Source: Clostridia bacterium (lineage in GTDB: Bacteria; Bacillota; Clostridia; Christensenellales; UBA1242). Taken from it: DNA of 58,421 bases. The stretch spans positions 1 to 58,421 of the forward strand of contig JAZLKE010000018.1 of NCBI GenBank assembly GCA_045597505.1, written 5' to 3'. The position numbers and the translations under genes are program-made. Under the pieces are notes generated by a model. That model searched no databases. It was not told the origin of the DNA and worked only from the letters and a program-made list of their open reading frames with translations. Shown here one piece after another: positions 21,783 to 30,148 of this stretch. Numbering within the stretch: the first letter of the stretch is position 1; the number at the start of each line of letters is the position of its first letter.

Positions 21783-22700
21783 TCAATCGCCGACTTTTTT
21801 TGTATCAACTTTTCCCAAAAAGATGATTTCAGTTTCCAAACAAACGCCAGTATGTTTTTCGACCTCGTCTTGCAAATGATAGATAACCTGCAAAATATCC
21901 TCACAAGTAGCGCCACCCGTGTTCACAATAAAATTGCAATGTTGCGGACTGACCATTGCGCCGCCGACACGGTACCCCGCCAAGCCCAATTCTTCCACAA
22001 CCTTACCCACATAAAAGCCGTCTTTGGGACGCTTGAAGACACTACCCGCGCTGGGTTCGTGCGGATGACGCGCGCGTTTTTGTAAAACTTCGTGCATTTG
22101 CTGTTTAATTGTGTCGGGTTCGCCGTGTTCTAAACGAAAGTAAGCGCCTAAAATAACCGCAGGTTCATCCATAAAAACCGAATGGCGGTAGCCAAATTCC
22201 AACTGCTTACCGGTCAAAGTTTTAATTTCGCCGTGTGTAAAAATATCAACCATCATAACGACTTCGCCCAGGTTATAACCGAAGGCTCCGCAATTCATAA
22301 ACACACCACCGCCCACGGTCGCTGGAATTCCTGTCGCCCACTCCAATCCCGACAAACCACGTTCCGCGGCATAATTGATTACCGCGCCCAACTTAGCACC
22401 AGCATCGGCATAGACAAAAACATCGTTTTGTTCGATTTTTTTGAAATTCAATTTAATCACTACGCCGTCGTAACCAATGTCACTTGCCAACACATTGGCA
22501 CCCATACCCAAAATAAAATAAGGACACTCGATATATTCCAACCCCCGCACCAGTCGTACCAAACTTTGCTTATTATTGACAATTACAAAATATTTGGCTG
22601 GACCACCAACACGAAAAGTCGTCCAATTAGCTAATGGTTCGTCCAATTTAACATTTTCCGCCCCGCACAAATGAATCAAGTAGTTTTTCAAAATATCCAT
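21783..22700 (-). CDS. murB: UDP-N-acetylenolpyruvoylglucosamine reductase
   Basis: Has the FAD-binding domain (FRVGGPAKYF, GMGANVL) and the C-terminal PSAGSVFKRP motif. Confidence 0.9.
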   Translation of the reverse strand: MDILKNYLIHLCGAENVKLDEPLANWTTFRVGGPAKYFVIVNNKQSLVRLVRGLEYIECPYFILGMGANVLASDIGYDGVVIKLNFKKIEQNDVFVYADAGAKLGAVINYAAERGLSGLEWATGIPATVGGGVFMNCGAFGYNLGEVVMMVDIFTHGEIKTLTGKQLEFGYRHSVFMDEPAVILGAYFRLEHGEPDTIKQQMHEVLQKRARHPHEPSAGSVFKRPKDGFYVGKVVEELGLAGYRVGGAMVSPQHCNFIVNTGGATCEDILQVIYHLQDEVEKHTGVCLETEIIFLGKVDTKKVGD

Positions 22701-22776
22701 TAACCATGGATATGCAATTGGTTTTATATTTCACACTTAATAAAAAAAACGCCGTAGCGTTTTTTAATTTATGATA

Positions 22777-23109
22777 TTATCTAATACTATCAATAAAGTA
22801 ACCGATGTTAGACGATTGTTTAGCATTAAATGTAAAGTTACACAATGAAGCAACTAAATCATAAATACCAAAAGTTATCATGCCCAAGAAGAAATATGCC
22901 AAAGTTCTTGATTTCCAACCATTGGGTTTAAGGCTAGTATGGTTAATGATAAAACTACCAATAAAACCGAGGAAAAATGTCAAAATAAAACGAACAGCAT
23001 TTTTCCCATCATTTTCACTTAAAAGCGGTGCATTTTTTACTCGACAACCACAATGAACACAAATCTCTGCTTCATCGTGAATTTCTTGACCACATTTTGA
23101 ACAATACAT
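22777..23109 (-). CDS. Zinc-ribbon plus two-TM small membrane protein
   Basis: N-terminal CSKCG...CVHCG zinc ribbon followed by two hydrophobic helices. Confidence 0.5.
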   Translation of the reverse strand: MYCSKCGQEIHDEAEICVHCGCRVKNAPLLSENDGKNAVRFILTFFLGFIGSFIINHTSLKPNGWKSRTLAYFFLGMITFGIYDLVASLCNFTFNAKQSSNIGYFIDSIR

Positions 23110-23150
23110 TTTCTATTCTCCTTTGTTTCAAACAACTAACATGAGTATAT

Positions 23151-23194
23151 TCTTACAAAAGTAAGAAGTCAACTATTTTCTTACATTTGTAAGA
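23151..23194. promoter_or_regulatory. Two palindromic operator-like sites in a divergent promoter region
   Basis: TTCTTAC-AAA-GTAAGAA (23151-23167) and TCTTAC-ATTT-GTAAGA (23179-23194) lie between the zinc-ribbon gene and the XRE regulator. Confidence 0.4.
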
Positions 23195-23204
23195 CACTAA
23201 GAAA

Positions 23205-23423
23205 GTGACCTATCAAAATAAATTCAAAGACAATTTGAAAATTCTCAGGCAAGAAAGAAAAATCGGACAAGTTGAACTTGCCAAAATTATCGGAGTTAGC
23301 AAAGGAATTATCAGTTTATGGGAAAACGGTTTACGTGAACCCAATTTATATTCATTGATTATGTTAGCAAAATTTTTCAATGTATCAATTGATGAACTTG
23401 TCGGACTTAATCAAATCAATTAA
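23205..23423 (+). CDS. XRE-family helix-turn-helix transcriptional regulator
   Basis: Typical HTH_3 sequence (LRQERKIGQVELAKIIGVSKGIISLWENG). GTG start. Confidence 0.7.
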   Translation: MTYQNKFKDNLKILRQERKIGQVELAKIIGVSKGIISLWENGLREPNLYSLIMLAKFFNVSIDELVGLNQIN

Positions 23424-23973
23424 CACTTTTCACTGCTCCACTGCCAGCGCGCAAAACATTAACTTTGGGCGGGTTGGCGGTATTATCCACCACAACCAAA
23501 GTACTGGGCGTGTGTTGGTAAATTTTGCGACCACGTACCACCGCATCGGTTTTTCCATCAAACAGTCGGGTGGCTTGGCGCCAAGATGTAATCACTGGTT
23601 GACCGTGTAAGTTCGCACTGGTACCAACGACGGGTACAGCACACGCGGTTAAAAACCGATTCACCCAACCACTACGCACCATGCGCACGGCTTGACCATG
23701 TACAATGACCGAAGTATGTTTTTTGCGCAGTAATCTTTTTTCGGTCGGCGTGATTACACCGCAAAATTTTTCTACCGCTTGCACACTGGGTAACAGCCAA
23801 ATCAGACTGGCATCGGCGGGTTTACCTTTTAAGGACTTCAATTTCTTGGTAGCGTTTTCGTCCAAAGCGTTACAGCCCAAGCCCCAAATTGTATCGGTCG
23901 GATAAATGACAATTCCGCCATGTTTAACCACATCAGCCAATTTATCAATTTCATTATGACGGAAAATTTCCAT
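23416..23973 (-). CDS. tsaC: L-threonylcarbamoyladenylate synthase (TsaC/YwlC family)
   Basis: Has the YPTDTIWGLGCNA and VGTSANLHGQP motifs. Confidence 0.8.
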   Translation of the reverse strand: MEIFRHNEIDKLADVVKHGGIVIYPTDTIWGLGCNALDENATKKLKSLKGKPADASLIWLLPSVQAVEKFCGVITPTEKRLLRKKHTSVIVHGQAVRMVRSGWVNRFLTACAVPVVGTSANLHGQPVITSWRQATRLFDGKTDAVVRGRKIYQHTPSTLVVVDNTANPPKVNVLRAGSGAVKSVN

Positions 23974-23994
23974 AATCTCAATTATAGTGACAAA

Positions 23995-25437
23995 TTACCA
24001 ACGGGTCAATCGTGCTTTAACAATCTCGTTGCCCAAAATTTTACTAATTGCCCACAAATCTGGAGTATTGGTTTTACCAGTAATCGCCAAACGCATTTGC
24101 GCAGTCAAGGTTTTCAAAGTCGGTTTATCTGGTGCCATGTTTTTAACTTTTTGCCACCAAGAATCTTTATCGTCGTTGGCATCATAAACTGCCGCATACT
24201 TTTTTAATAAATCTCCGTCCAAAGCGGTACCATCAACTTGGATTTCGTCCCACATGTAACTATACAAAGTTGGGATATCTTCAAATTTAATTAAATCCTT
24301 ACGCGGACGTTCGCCACCGCGCTCAACCCCCAACATTTTTTCGATACGGTCTTTAATTGCGGGCGTAATATTGGGCAAACTTTGCCAATTCCACACATTG
24401 AACGCTTTAACAATTTCCGCATGACTTTGGCGCGCCCAAACATTTTTGGCAATATCATTTAATTTAGGTAAATCAAACAACGGATTATTTGTACCAATTT
24501 TTTGAATACTAAATTGGAAATCGGTTAATGGTGCGGTCGGATTCGCGGTACGCCAAATTTCAAAATCACTGTTATAAATTGTCAACAGATATTCAAAAAT
24601 TGCATCGCGCGGATATCCCGCATCGACCAAGTTCATAACCAACGCTTGTGGGTCTTTACGTTTGGAAAGTTTACGCTTCTTGCCATTATCTTCAATGTTA
24701 ATGGTCGGCATGTGTAAATAATGCAAACGCGGAAAACCTAACAAATCACACAACTGGATATGTTCCGCGGTCGAAATCAACCACTCTTCTCCACGTACCA
24801 CCAAAGCCGTACCCATTAAAGTATCATCAATGACATGGGCAAAGTTATATGGCGGTAAACCATTTGATTTCAAAATAATCGGGTCATTGATTTGCGGACG
24901 CAAGGAAATTTCGCCACGCGCGGCATCGGTAAAGGTAATTCGTTCGCCCCAATCTTGGTAACCAAAGTTTGCACGAATGACATATTTTTCACCAGCAGCC
25001 ACACGGCGCGCAACTTCTTCCTGACTTAAATGACGGCACTTGGCGTACTTACCATAGTAACCAGTTGGTTCATTATTTTTTAATTGCGTTTCGCGCATTT
25101 GGTTCAAATTTTCTTCCGTACAGAAACAATAATAGGCTTTACCTTGTTTAACCAAGTCTTCCGCAGATTGTTGGTAAATTTTGGCGCGTTCACTTTGGAC
25201 ATAAGTTTCCGCAAAATGAATATCAAAATAATTAAAGGTGGTCATCATCTTTTCCACCGCGTCCGCGACATAGCGTTTACTGTCGGTATCTTCAATCCGC
25301 AGGTAAAAACGACCGTGATTTTGTCGGGCTAAGTACGAATTGACCAATGCCATTGCGACCGTACCTAAATGTACATATCCTGTTGGACTGGGCGCGATGC
25401 GGTAACCGTCTGGTTTTTCAGAGAGGTAATTTTTCAT
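23995..25437 (-). CDS. gltX: Glutamyl-tRNA synthetase
   Basis: Has RIAPSPTGYVHLG (HIGH class I) and KLSKRK (KMSKS). Confidence 0.9.
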   Translation of the reverse strand: MKNYLSEKPDGYRIAPSPTGYVHLGTVAMALVNSYLARQNHGRFYLRIEDTDSKRYVADAVEKMMTTFNYFDIHFAETYVQSERAKIYQQSAEDLVKQGKAYYCFCTEENLNQMRETQLKNNEPTGYYGKYAKCRHLSQEEVARRVAAGEKYVIRANFGYQDWGERITFTDAARGEISLRPQINDPIILKSNGLPPYNFAHVIDDTLMGTALVVRGEEWLISTAEHIQLCDLLGFPRLHYLHMPTINIEDNGKKRKLSKRKDPQALVMNLVDAGYPRDAIFEYLLTIYNSDFEIWRTANPTAPLTDFQFSIQKIGTNNPLFDLPKLNDIAKNVWARQSHAEIVKAFNVWNWQSLPNITPAIKDRIEKMLGVERGGERPRKDLIKFEDIPTLYSYMWDEIQVDGTALDGDLLKKYAAVYDANDDKDSWWQKVKNMAPDKPTLKTLTAQMRLAITGKTNTPDLWAISKILGNEIVKARLTRW

Positions 25438-25720
25438 TGCGTAACTCCGTCACTTGGCGTAAACATTCGTTAATTACCGCGATCACCAAGTCTTCTGTGG
25501 TTTCGACATCATCGGGATCCACGGCTTCGGGTTTAATGTGTAAATCCAACAATTCATAAGCACCCGACATAGAAGCGGTAACCATACCACCGCCAACCGT
25601 TGCTTCGACCGCCGTTTCCGCCAATTCTTCTTTGGTTTTTTCTAATTGCTTTTGCATGGCTTCCGCCTGTTTCATCAGATTAGCCATTTGTCCATTGTTG
25701 CCCATTGCAAAATTTCTCAT
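25418..25720 (-). CDS. ybaB: Nucleoid-associated protein YbaB/EbfC
   Basis: Matches the YbaB family pattern (MKQAEAMQKQLEKTKEELAE...GGGMVT). Confidence 0.85.
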   Translation of the reverse strand: MRNFAMGNNGQMANLMKQAEAMQKQLEKTKEELAETAVEATVGGGMVTASMSGAYELLDLHIKPEAVDPDDVETTEDLVIAVINECLRQVTELRNEKLPL

Positions 25721-25729
25721 ACTTACAGT

Positions 25730-26041
25730 TTACACGATTTCGACTTTATCGCCAAACAAATCCTTCAACCGTGCCACGTAATCGCGGTTTTCATCGTAAA
25801 CCAACGCGGTATCGTCTTGCAAAGTTACCGTTACATTTTCACCCGCCAACTCCTGCAATTGTGACAAATGCTGTTTCAGCATTACTTTTTCGGTATCATT
25901 ATGTACGTGAACAAAAATTTTATCGTCCGCAAATTCGACGTCGTTCATATTCGACAACAAGCCGAACAAAGAAAAATATTTGTCGTTACGTAATCCACGT
26001 AAAACTTTAACCCAAACACCTTCCAGTTCGTGCTCTGTCAT
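25730..26041 (-). CDS. Small protein (104 aa) between dnaX and ybaB, possibly a detached DnaX C-terminal module
   Basis: The ATG lies 1 nt after the dnaX stop (TAA-C-ATG). There is no recognisable motif, and the position is normally occupied by the tau C-terminus. Confidence 0.4.
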   Translation of the reverse strand: MTEHELEGVWVKVLRGLRNDKYFSLFGLLSNMNDVEFADDKIFVHVHNDTEKVMLKQHLSQLQELAGENVTVTLQDDTALVYDENRDYVARLKDLFGDKVEIV

Positions 26042-26042
26042 G

Positions 26043-27053
26043 TTATGCTCCACAAGCAACCAAAGCGGCCGTTTCAAAATAGCCGTGCGGGTCCGTTGCA
26101 TATTTCAAAGTAGTTTCCAAATTAGCAAACATACGGAGCGCACTTGCTAAACGCGGACTGGGTTGTGCGACATAAGCATCTTTAATTGCTTCCAATGTTC
26201 CATTCAAAATACGCGCCGTGCCAGTTGCGGAATCAAAAATTTGTTTTACGGTCGCGCGTACTGCCTTAGCATCACCCGCCGAAATTTGTTTAACCAGTTC
26301 ATTAAATACTTTGACGTCGACCCCTCCAACTACGCGGTTAATCGCTTCCACTGTAATCGGGTCATTACCACAATAAGCCGCGACTGTATCCGCAAACGAT
26401 AAAGCATCGCGCACACTGCCTTGACCTTCTTTGGCAATCGCCGTAATTGCTGCTGGTTCTGCGGTAATTTTTTCTTTTTCGAAAACACCCGCCACCACTT
26501 TTTCCAAATTGGCAAGTCCGACATTTTGGAAATTAAAACGCAAACAACGACTTTGTACAGTCGGTAAAAGTTTATGTGGTTCAGTTGTCGCTAAAATAAA
26601 AATCACATGTGCTGGTGGTTCTTCCAAAGTTTTCAACAACGCGTTAAAAGCCGCACTGGAAAACATATGCACTTCATCAATAATGTAAACTTTATATTTA
26701 CCAACAACTGGCGGATATTTCACACTTTCAATCAAATCGCGCACCGCATCAACACCATTGTTACTGGCAGCATCGATTTCAAAAATATCCATACTTTTGT
26801 TGGTACTTTGACACCAAGCACATTTGCCACAAACTTTACCGTCTTTGAAATTTTCACAGTTGACGGCGTTCGCCATAATTTTCGCGACCGAAGTTTTACC
26901 TGTACCACGCGTACCACAAAACAAATACGCATGACCAACTTTACCAGCCACAATTTGGTTACTTAAAGTTTTAGTAATAAAATCTTGTCCCACAACTTCG
27001 CTGAAAGATTTAGGACGATACACTCGGTAAAAAGATTTTACTTCCGCGTTCAT
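26043..27053 (-). CDS. dnaX: DNA polymerase III subunit gamma/tau (short, domains I-III only)
   Basis: Has GTRGTGKTS Walker A, a Zn module CGKCAWC, and the DEVHM and SRC motifs. Only 336 aa. Confidence 0.9.
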   Translation of the reverse strand: MNAEVKSFYRVYRPKSFSEVVGQDFITKTLSNQIVAGKVGHAYLFCGTRGTGKTSVAKIMANAVNCENFKDGKVCGKCAWCQSTNKSMDIFEIDAASNNGVDAVRDLIESVKYPPVVGKYKVYIIDEVHMFSSAAFNALLKTLEEPPAHVIFILATTEPHKLLPTVQSRCLRFNFQNVGLANLEKVVAGVFEKEKITAEPAAITAIAKEGQGSVRDALSFADTVAAYCGNDPITVEAINRVVGGVDVKVFNELVKQISAGDAKAVRATVKQIFDSATGTARILNGTLEAIKDAYVAQPSPRLASALRMFANLETTLKYATDPHGYFETAALVACGA

Positions 27054-27862
27054 TCGGCTTGTCCCTCGTTTACGCTTGGTTGTTTTTCTTCTTTTTTGTC
27101 TGGTTGGCGTTTCATAAATTCAAAAGCCAATTCACGGTACGCTTTGGCACCCGGACATTTATTATCGTAAATACAAATTGGTTTGCCAAAACCTGGAGCT
27201 TCCGCCAAACGCACGTTACGTGGAATACGCGTATGGTAAACTTTACGACCAAAGAACTTGGTCAATTCGGCTTCCACTTGGGCGTTCAAAGCATTACGGG
27301 TAAACATTGTCATTAACACACCTTCAATATCAATTTTCGGGTTGAAGCCTTGACTCTTAATTAAACGAATCGCGCGCACCAATTGGGTCATACCTTCCAA
27401 TGCGAAATATTCACACAATACTGGAATAATTACCGAATCAGCAGCGGTCATTGCGTTGACCGTCAACAAAGTCAAAGTCGGCGGACAATCAATAAAAATA
27501 TAATCATAACTGTCGCGAATTTTTTCCAAGCAGTTACGCAAAATTTGTTCGCGGTTACGCATACGTACCATTTCAATTTCCGCACCAACCAAGTTTTCGT
27601 TACTTGGCAAAATTTCCAAACCTTTAACTGCGGTCAATTGAATTGCATCGGTCGGATCAATTTGGTCACACATTACATTATAAACCGACGGCATCTTGTC
27701 GGTAACTTTAACACCCACCCCACTGCTGGCGTTATGTTGCGGATCAAAGTCCACAATCAAAACTTTTTTACCTAACTGCGCCAAATACGCCGCCAAGTTA
27801 ATGCAGGTCGTAGTTTTACCGACCCCGCCTTTTTGTAACGCAATTGCAACAATTTTTCCCAT
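27050..27862 (-). CDS. parA: Chromosome partitioning ATPase ParA/Soj
   Basis: Has the deviant Walker A KGGVGKTTT. 4-nt overlap with the dnaX start. Confidence 0.9.
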   Translation of the reverse strand: MGKIVAIALQKGGVGKTTTCINLAAYLAQLGKKVLIVDFDPQHNASSGVGVKVTDKMPSVYNVMCDQIDPTDAIQLTAVKGLEILPSNENLVGAEIEMVRMRNREQILRNCLEKIRDSYDYIFIDCPPTLTLLTVNAMTAADSVIIPVLCEYFALEGMTQLVRAIRLIKSQGFNPKIDIEGVLMTMFTRNALNAQVEAELTKFFGRKVYHTRIPRNVRLAEAPGFGKPICIYDNKCPGAKAYRELAFEFMKRQPDKKEEKQPSVNEGQAE

Positions 27863-27984
27863 ATTTGTTTTCCTTTTTGCTCCTTTCCTCGTAATAACAT
27901 AACATACTTTGCGTAAAATTACCAGTTTTCTGCCAATTTTCGCAATTTTCTACCATATATAGTGGTGTACGGTTGGATGATATG

Positions 27985-28923
27985 CTATATCTTGTGGTTT
28001 TTGAGATAATTAACAATTCTTTCCAGCTCTTCCGCCGAATAATAGCCAATCACGACCTTACCATGATCCAAGCTGCCGTCAATTTTGACTTTGGTGCCAA
28101 TCGCACGGGACAAGATTTTTTCTTGTTCGCGAATTTCGGGTGCCTTTGCCGGTTTAACTTTGTTCGATACCAAGGTCGGCATTTTGCCATCAATCAATTC
28201 GCCCAATGCACGTACCGACAAGTTTTCGTCTACCGCACGACGCGCATAGTCAATTTGTTTTTGCGCATCGCTCAGACCTAACAAACGAATTGCATGTCCC
28301 GAAGTCAATTGTTTACGCGCAATAAATTGTTGAACCTCAGCAGGCAAACTTAACAAGCGTAACATATTGGCAATTGTACTGCGCGGCTTAGACAAACGTT
28401 CCGCAACTTTTTCTTGCGTCAATTTATGTTCGTCCATCAATTTTTGAATACCTTGCGCCAATTCCATATCGTTCAAATCCGCGCGTTGCAAGTTTTCAAT
28501 AATTGCAATTTCCGCAATTTGTTTTTGATTGAACTTTTTAATAATGGCTGGAATTTCCACCAAACCCGCCATACGTGCCGCACGCCAACGACGTTCGCCC
28601 GCCACAATCATAAAACGGTTACCAACTGGTGTAATTAAAATTGGTTGAATTACTCCATAAGTACGGATACTTTCCGCCAATTCATGTAAATCATCTTGGT
28701 CAAATACTTTACGTGGTTGGTTAATGTTGTTATCAATCATCGCAATCGCAATTTGTTGAACTTCACTTTCCACTGGTGTTGATACCGCTTCCTCGTTTTT
28801 ATTGTTTGGTTTCGTAGTTTGTTTTGCTGGTTTTACTGGTTCATCAATTGGTGTTAATTCGTCGTCCAAGGTAAAATTGCCAAATAATGCTCCTAAACCT
28901 CTACCTAATTTATTTTCTGCCAT
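27985..28923 (-). CDS. parB: Chromosome partitioning protein ParB/Spo0J
   Basis: Has the N-terminal LGRGLGALF, the arginine patch GERRWRAA, and an HTH region. Confidence 0.9.
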   Translation of the reverse strand: MAENKLGRGLGALFGNFTLDDELTPIDEPVKPAKQTTKPNNKNEEAVSTPVESEVQQIAIAMIDNNINQPRKVFDQDDLHELAESIRTYGVIQPILITPVGNRFMIVAGERRWRAARMAGLVEIPAIIKKFNQKQIAEIAIIENLQRADLNDMELAQGIQKLMDEHKLTQEKVAERLSKPRSTIANMLRLLSLPAEVQQFIARKQLTSGHAIRLLGLSDAQKQIDYARRAVDENLSVRALGELIDGKMPTLVSNKVKPAKAPEIREQEKILSRAIGTKVKIDGSLDHGKVVIGYYSAEELERIVNYLKNHKI

Positions 28924-28989
28924 GTTTTAATTTTAATAATTTTTATTCAAAAAAGCAACCACTAATTCACATTGTCAGTTTTTCCTAAT

Positions 28990-29005
28990 TGTTTAACGTT
29001 AAACA
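28990..29005. promoter_or_regulatory. parS-like palindrome, copy 1 (TGTTTAACGTTAAACA)
   Basis: Perfect 16-bp palindrome that differs from the canonical parS only at the symmetric central positions. Confidence 0.65.
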
Positions 29006-29225
29006 TTTATAAGGATTAATTACCGATTGACAATTAACTCAACCATTTTGTCAGTAACTTACACCAACATTGTTAATAACTTAACCATTTAACAACAAAT
29101 TTACACACTAATCCAGTTATCAACAAAGCAATTGTTAATAAGCACTATATCAGTCACGCGCGACCAAAATTACGTTGGTTAATTTACAGTCCCTATGTAA
29201 ACAACTAAGGTACGCCGACCGTAAT

Positions 29226-29241
29226 TGTTTAACGTTAAACA
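29226..29241. promoter_or_regulatory. parS-like palindrome, copy 2
   Basis: Identical 16-mer, extended to the 22-bp palindrome AATTGTTTAACGTTAAACAATT. Confidence 0.65.
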
Positions 29242-29353
29242 ATTATCAAGTGAGTAAAACTTGGGCTAAAACGCGCTCAGACAGAATCGGCAAAAACTTT
29301 TGATAAATTACACAAATAAAATTCAACCTCAACAATTACGCGAAACACAAAAA

Positions 29354-29369
29354 TGTTTAACGTTAAACA
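29354..29369. promoter_or_regulatory. parS-like palindrome, copy 3
   Basis: Identical 16-mer, extended to AAATGTTTAACGTTAAACATTT. Confidence 0.65.
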
Positions 29370-29439
29370 TTTTCAAGCGTAGACAACTTTATCCAGTTAT
29401 TGTCTAACCAACACACGGCAAGGTGGGTCGTGGTTAAAT

Positions 29440-29455
29440 TGTTTAACGTTAAACA
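29440..29455. promoter_or_regulatory. parS-like palindrome, copy 4
   Basis: Identical 16-mer, extended to AATTGTTTAACGTTAAACAATT. Confidence 0.65.
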
Positions 29456-29482
29456 ATTACGCAAGGAAAATCATGTTTACTG

Positions 29483-29512
29483 TTGACAAGAAAAGTTTAA
29501 GCGGGATATAAT
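29483..29512 (+). promoter_or_regulatory. Sigma-70-type promoter of the cvpA-like gene
   Basis: TTGACA, an 18-nt spacer, then TATAAT. The ATG begins 6 nt after the -10 element. Confidence 0.5.
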
Positions 29513-29518
29513 ACTAAT

Positions 29519-30091
29519 ATGAAAGCGGGACTGATTGCAGATATTGTCATCGCAATTTTGATTATCATCAATTTAGTCGTATGTACACACAAAGGTTTTG
29601 TCCGTTGTGTATTATCTAGCTTATCTAACATTTTGGCATTTATCGTAGCCATTCTGGCTGCCGCGCCATTGGCAAACGTATGTGAAAGCAACTTCGGCTG
29701 GGAGACCGCCATTGCAGGTTGGCATGTACCGTTTATCAGCGCGCACACCTTACTATGTTTATTTACTGGCATTGCCGTATTTATTGCGGTGCGCTTAATC
29801 TGTTTATTGTTAGACCGACTGTTACAAATTGTTAAGAAAAAATTAAAAGCGGTCAACATTATCGACCGCATCTTAGGAACAGTATTTGGTGCTTTTGCTG
29901 CTTTGGTGGAATTGACATTTATCTTCTTACTGATTGACCAATTTGGTTGGGCAGAAGGATTATCTTTAACTCAAGATGGCGGTGGCTTCTTGGCATGGCG
30001 CATTTTCGATTTCTGCAAAAACTATTTGTTCGATCTATTGAACCAAGTCACTTCCGCGGCTGCCGACACTTTACCCAAAGTCGAACTCTAA
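29519..30091 (+). CDS. cvpA: CvpA-family membrane protein
   Basis: Four hydrophobic helices and a CvpA-like N-terminus (DIVIAILIIINLVVCTHKGFVR). Confidence 0.6.
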   Translation: MKAGLIADIVIAILIIINLVVCTHKGFVRCVLSSLSNILAFIVAILAAAPLANVCESNFGWETAIAGWHVPFISAHTLLCLFTGIAVFIAVRLICLLLDRLLQIVKKKLKAVNIIDRILGTVFGAFAALVELTFIFLLIDQFGWAEGLSLTQDGGGFLAWRIFDFCKNYLFDLLNQVTSAAADTLPKVEL

Positions 30092-30148
30092 AAAAGTTAC
30101 TAACAAATATTGGAAAGTTATTTACAATTAAAATGTAAATAACTTTTT

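Noticed and set aside
25730-26101. Programmed ribosomal frameshift joining dnaX to the downstream ORF, whose frame is open 56 nt upstream of the dnaX stop
   Set aside because: No slippery homopolymer or heptamer is visible in the overlap. An ATG sits 1 nt after the stop, so reinitiation of a separate ORF is the simpler reading.
28924-29518. CRISPR array or oriC call for the repeat-rich 595-bp intergenic region
   Set aside because: The repeats are palindromic 16-22-mers with irregular spacing and no cas genes, so this is not a CRISPR array. Only weak DnaA-box-like 9-mers (TTATCCAGT, TAATTCACA) are present. I report parS sites and leave oriC open.
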